This document shows positions 39,001 through 42,000 of a stretch of DNA of 64,000 nt, piece after piece. A program made the position numbers and the translations under genes. A model generated the notes under the pieces. That model saw only the letters and a list, made by a program, of their open reading frames with translations, had not been told where the DNA came from and ran no database searches. Location: positions 6,500 through 70,499 of the forward strand of contig JAKFYJ010000010.1 in NCBI GenBank assembly GCA_021730935.1, in the 5' to 3' direction. The stretch's first letter is position 1. Each line of letters begins with the position of its first letter. The DNA comes from Elusimicrobiota bacterium (GTDB lineage: Bacteria > Elusimicrobiota > Elusimicrobia > 2-02-FULL-39-32).

Positions 39001-42000
39001 GCTTTGCTTGAGCATCCGGCCGCCCTGGACCTCGCCGCTCGGAGCATAAAGGCGCAGGAGTTTATATTCCAGGATCTCGTGACTCGCGAGGGGACTGCTT
39101 TGACATCCGAACTTTCGAGACTCGACAGAGACCGTGAACGCTTCATGCGCGGCGAAGAAATGGCCGAACTTGAAACAATGATAAAAGCCAACACAATTCA
39201 AACCGTGCAAGCAAGCCGAATTCAGCGGGGTCTAGATAAAGCTCGGTCTAGAATGGAAGCTGAGGTCAGAGCAAGAGAACTCGTCAGGGAAAATGAGGAT
39301 GCTTTCGCAAAAGCGGATGAACGTGCCGATCTCGTTCAGATTGTTGCCGAGAACACGCGTGAAGTCCAGGGCGCCAGAATTCAACGGGGTGCCGAAAAAG
39401 CCCGTATCAGAAGAGAGGCTGAAGCCAAACGGGCTCAGAAAGAATTGGAACAAACTCGAGAGAGAATAGCGCAAAAACCCCGCTTACGCATCGGATCAGG
39501 GAGAATATCTGTCGAGGTCCAAGGCGGAAAAAATGATGAAAGAATTGGAGAAGTCGGCAAGTCTGAACAACAGGCGGCCCGTTTGGACGGGACAAATGGC
39601 AGGGCAAAGGGCAAAGGTCTCCTCAATTCTGCCGCTGTCCGCCTTGGGGTCCAATGGAACGTTTTCTCCGGGAATGCTCGTTTGCTCTATGGAAACCTTG
39701 CTCATAAACAGCCCGGAGATATTGACATTCAGCCTTATGAAAACAATGGTGAAGACCCCGTCCAGTTCATTGAAGCCGCGCTGAAATATCTTTCAGCAGA
39801 TGCGGCGGAAAAGGTTCGAAAAAGCGCCATTGTGCTCATTGGCTCCGTCAAAGATGTTGCCGGCAAACAGGTTCCTGACGCGATCGTCGAGTTGGCCGCA
39901 GTTTTTGACAGTTTGGCGAGAGAAGGGGGGACGAACAGGGAAGATTTCTTAAAACAACTCAAGGTTCAGGAAAATGCCCCCTATGTTCCGAAAGCCATGC
40001 TGGACGTTTTCCTGGAAAACCTTCAGAACATGAGTCAACTGGGGAGTGAAGAATCGAAACAAGAGGCCAGACAAAGACTGATGCTCGTCCTTAAATGGAT
40101 CGTTTCGGATTATCCGAACTTAAAAGAGAAGGACTTGAAGATCACGAAGACGCTTGCGAAAATAATCCTCGCTCTTTTGCAGGAAGATGAGGATTTTGAA
40201 CAGGATTTCATGCAGTTTGAATTTGCCCGCGAGATTTGGGGAAATGAAGCTGAAAGGCAAAAAATTAAAACGGATATATACGACCCCAAAATAAAAAAAT
40301 ATCTTACGGGTCTATACAATGCATCCTACAAGACTCAATCGTCCGGCAACGGCGCTCAGATTGATTCTGAAGATGCCGCCGCAGATGAATCGTCATTGAC
40401 CATGTATACCGCCTTCGGGAAGACGGGTCAAATTGTGGGATATCAGGCGGCGCGCGCAGGGAGGACCCGCAACACGGTCTATATGACCCTTGGCCTATGG
40501 AACGCTCTCAAAAACAATCCCCTTGCCCTGGCCCAGCTCCTGGCCCATGAGGCGTATCATCTCAGCAACCCTCAGGACCCCGATATCCAGACGGAAGAAG
40601 CCAGCGCTGAATCCATGGAAAAGAAAGTTTTGGAAACTTATATCGCCGTAAACGGCGAAGACAATCTGCCTCCCCAACTCGACCAGCTCCTCCCCCAACT
40701 GACCGAAGTCCGCCAGACTGCCGCTACTGCCGAAAAGCCGGTCAACCCATTGAGGAGAATCCTTACACTGATCACCGGCGGCAGGACGAGTGCTTCCGGC
40801 GCACGCGTGCTGTCCATTGCAGGGTTGACCGCCTCGTCTCTGGGCGTCACCGACCCCAATCTCCACCACGCTTTCAACCTCACCGACTTCTTCTTCAACC
40901 CCACCAACTTGATCGTTCTCGCGGCCCTGGGGATGGCTTATATTACCAAGCCTGGCAAGGGCCCTGCCGACGTCTCTCCATGGGACGCGGTTGTCACAGC
41001 AATCCTTGATTTGGACAGGACCTCAATTTCTCAAGCCATCGTGAGTTTGAGTCAAACTTCTTCAGATGAGGACTTCGCGCGGCAAATTATTGAAATCGGT
41101 CACGGACTTCTTCAGAAAATGGCTGTGACTGATAATCCAGATGAAATCTCCGAAAATGCCGATGGTTTCTTAAACGCATTGTCCAACCATTTGGCTGGAA
41201 ACAGCCCAAGGAAGCGAGTAATCTCGCTCGTCAGAAACGATATAAAAGCAATGCAGGAATTAATGACTGCGCATGCTGATGTGACACATAAGATATTTTT
41301 CGCGCAAAGTTCAAGAGCAAAAAATCTTCTTGTCACGAACGCCGGCTTGCTCAGCGCGGGCAATGTTTTGAGAGGCACCTCGCGGACAGAACTGGAACGT
41401 GTCCATCTTGATCGCAAACTTGTTGCCTCAGGCAATATCGGGGAATACGGCGACGGAATTTATGGCCAAAAAGTTAATTCCGATGACATCAAAGACGGTC
41501 AAATTCTTGCATTGAGGGGCCACGCTTCCGCCTCAGCGCAGGAAACTGAATCAGCCATGATCCTGTTGAGGATCAAGAACGCAAAAACTACTACAAATTC
41601 TCTTTCTTATGCGGCCACACTTGTTGGAAATGTTGACATTCAGGACCTCGAAGTCTTCGATGACTCAGGTTCAGGCCGGTGGGTTTCCGTCGATGATTAT
41701 TTCAAAACACATTCTGGGAACTCCGGCATCATCGCCGGTTTCGGGTTCGGCGCGCTTCAGAGTTTGCCGGCATTTTTGAATGAGGCCCGAAAACATCCTG
41801 GAATCGTGTTTGGGACCGTCTCTGCCGTGATCGGAGCCGCGCTGCTGGGCCAGGGCGTTGCCTTCGCTCCCGCTCTCATTGCCGCCGGCGTCCTTATGGT
41901 TGCCTATTCGTTCATCACCGCGCCGAGTGTGAAAACATCTGATGTTGTCCCGGCGGATCGTCAGGAAATCATGAACGGAGTGCGTTCCCGTGCAGCGGCT

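Noticed and set aside
39210-39400. IQ calmodulin-binding-type motif in RIQRG..KAR
   Set aside because: The spacing does not fit the IQxxxRGxxxR consensus. It is just part of a charged helical duplication.
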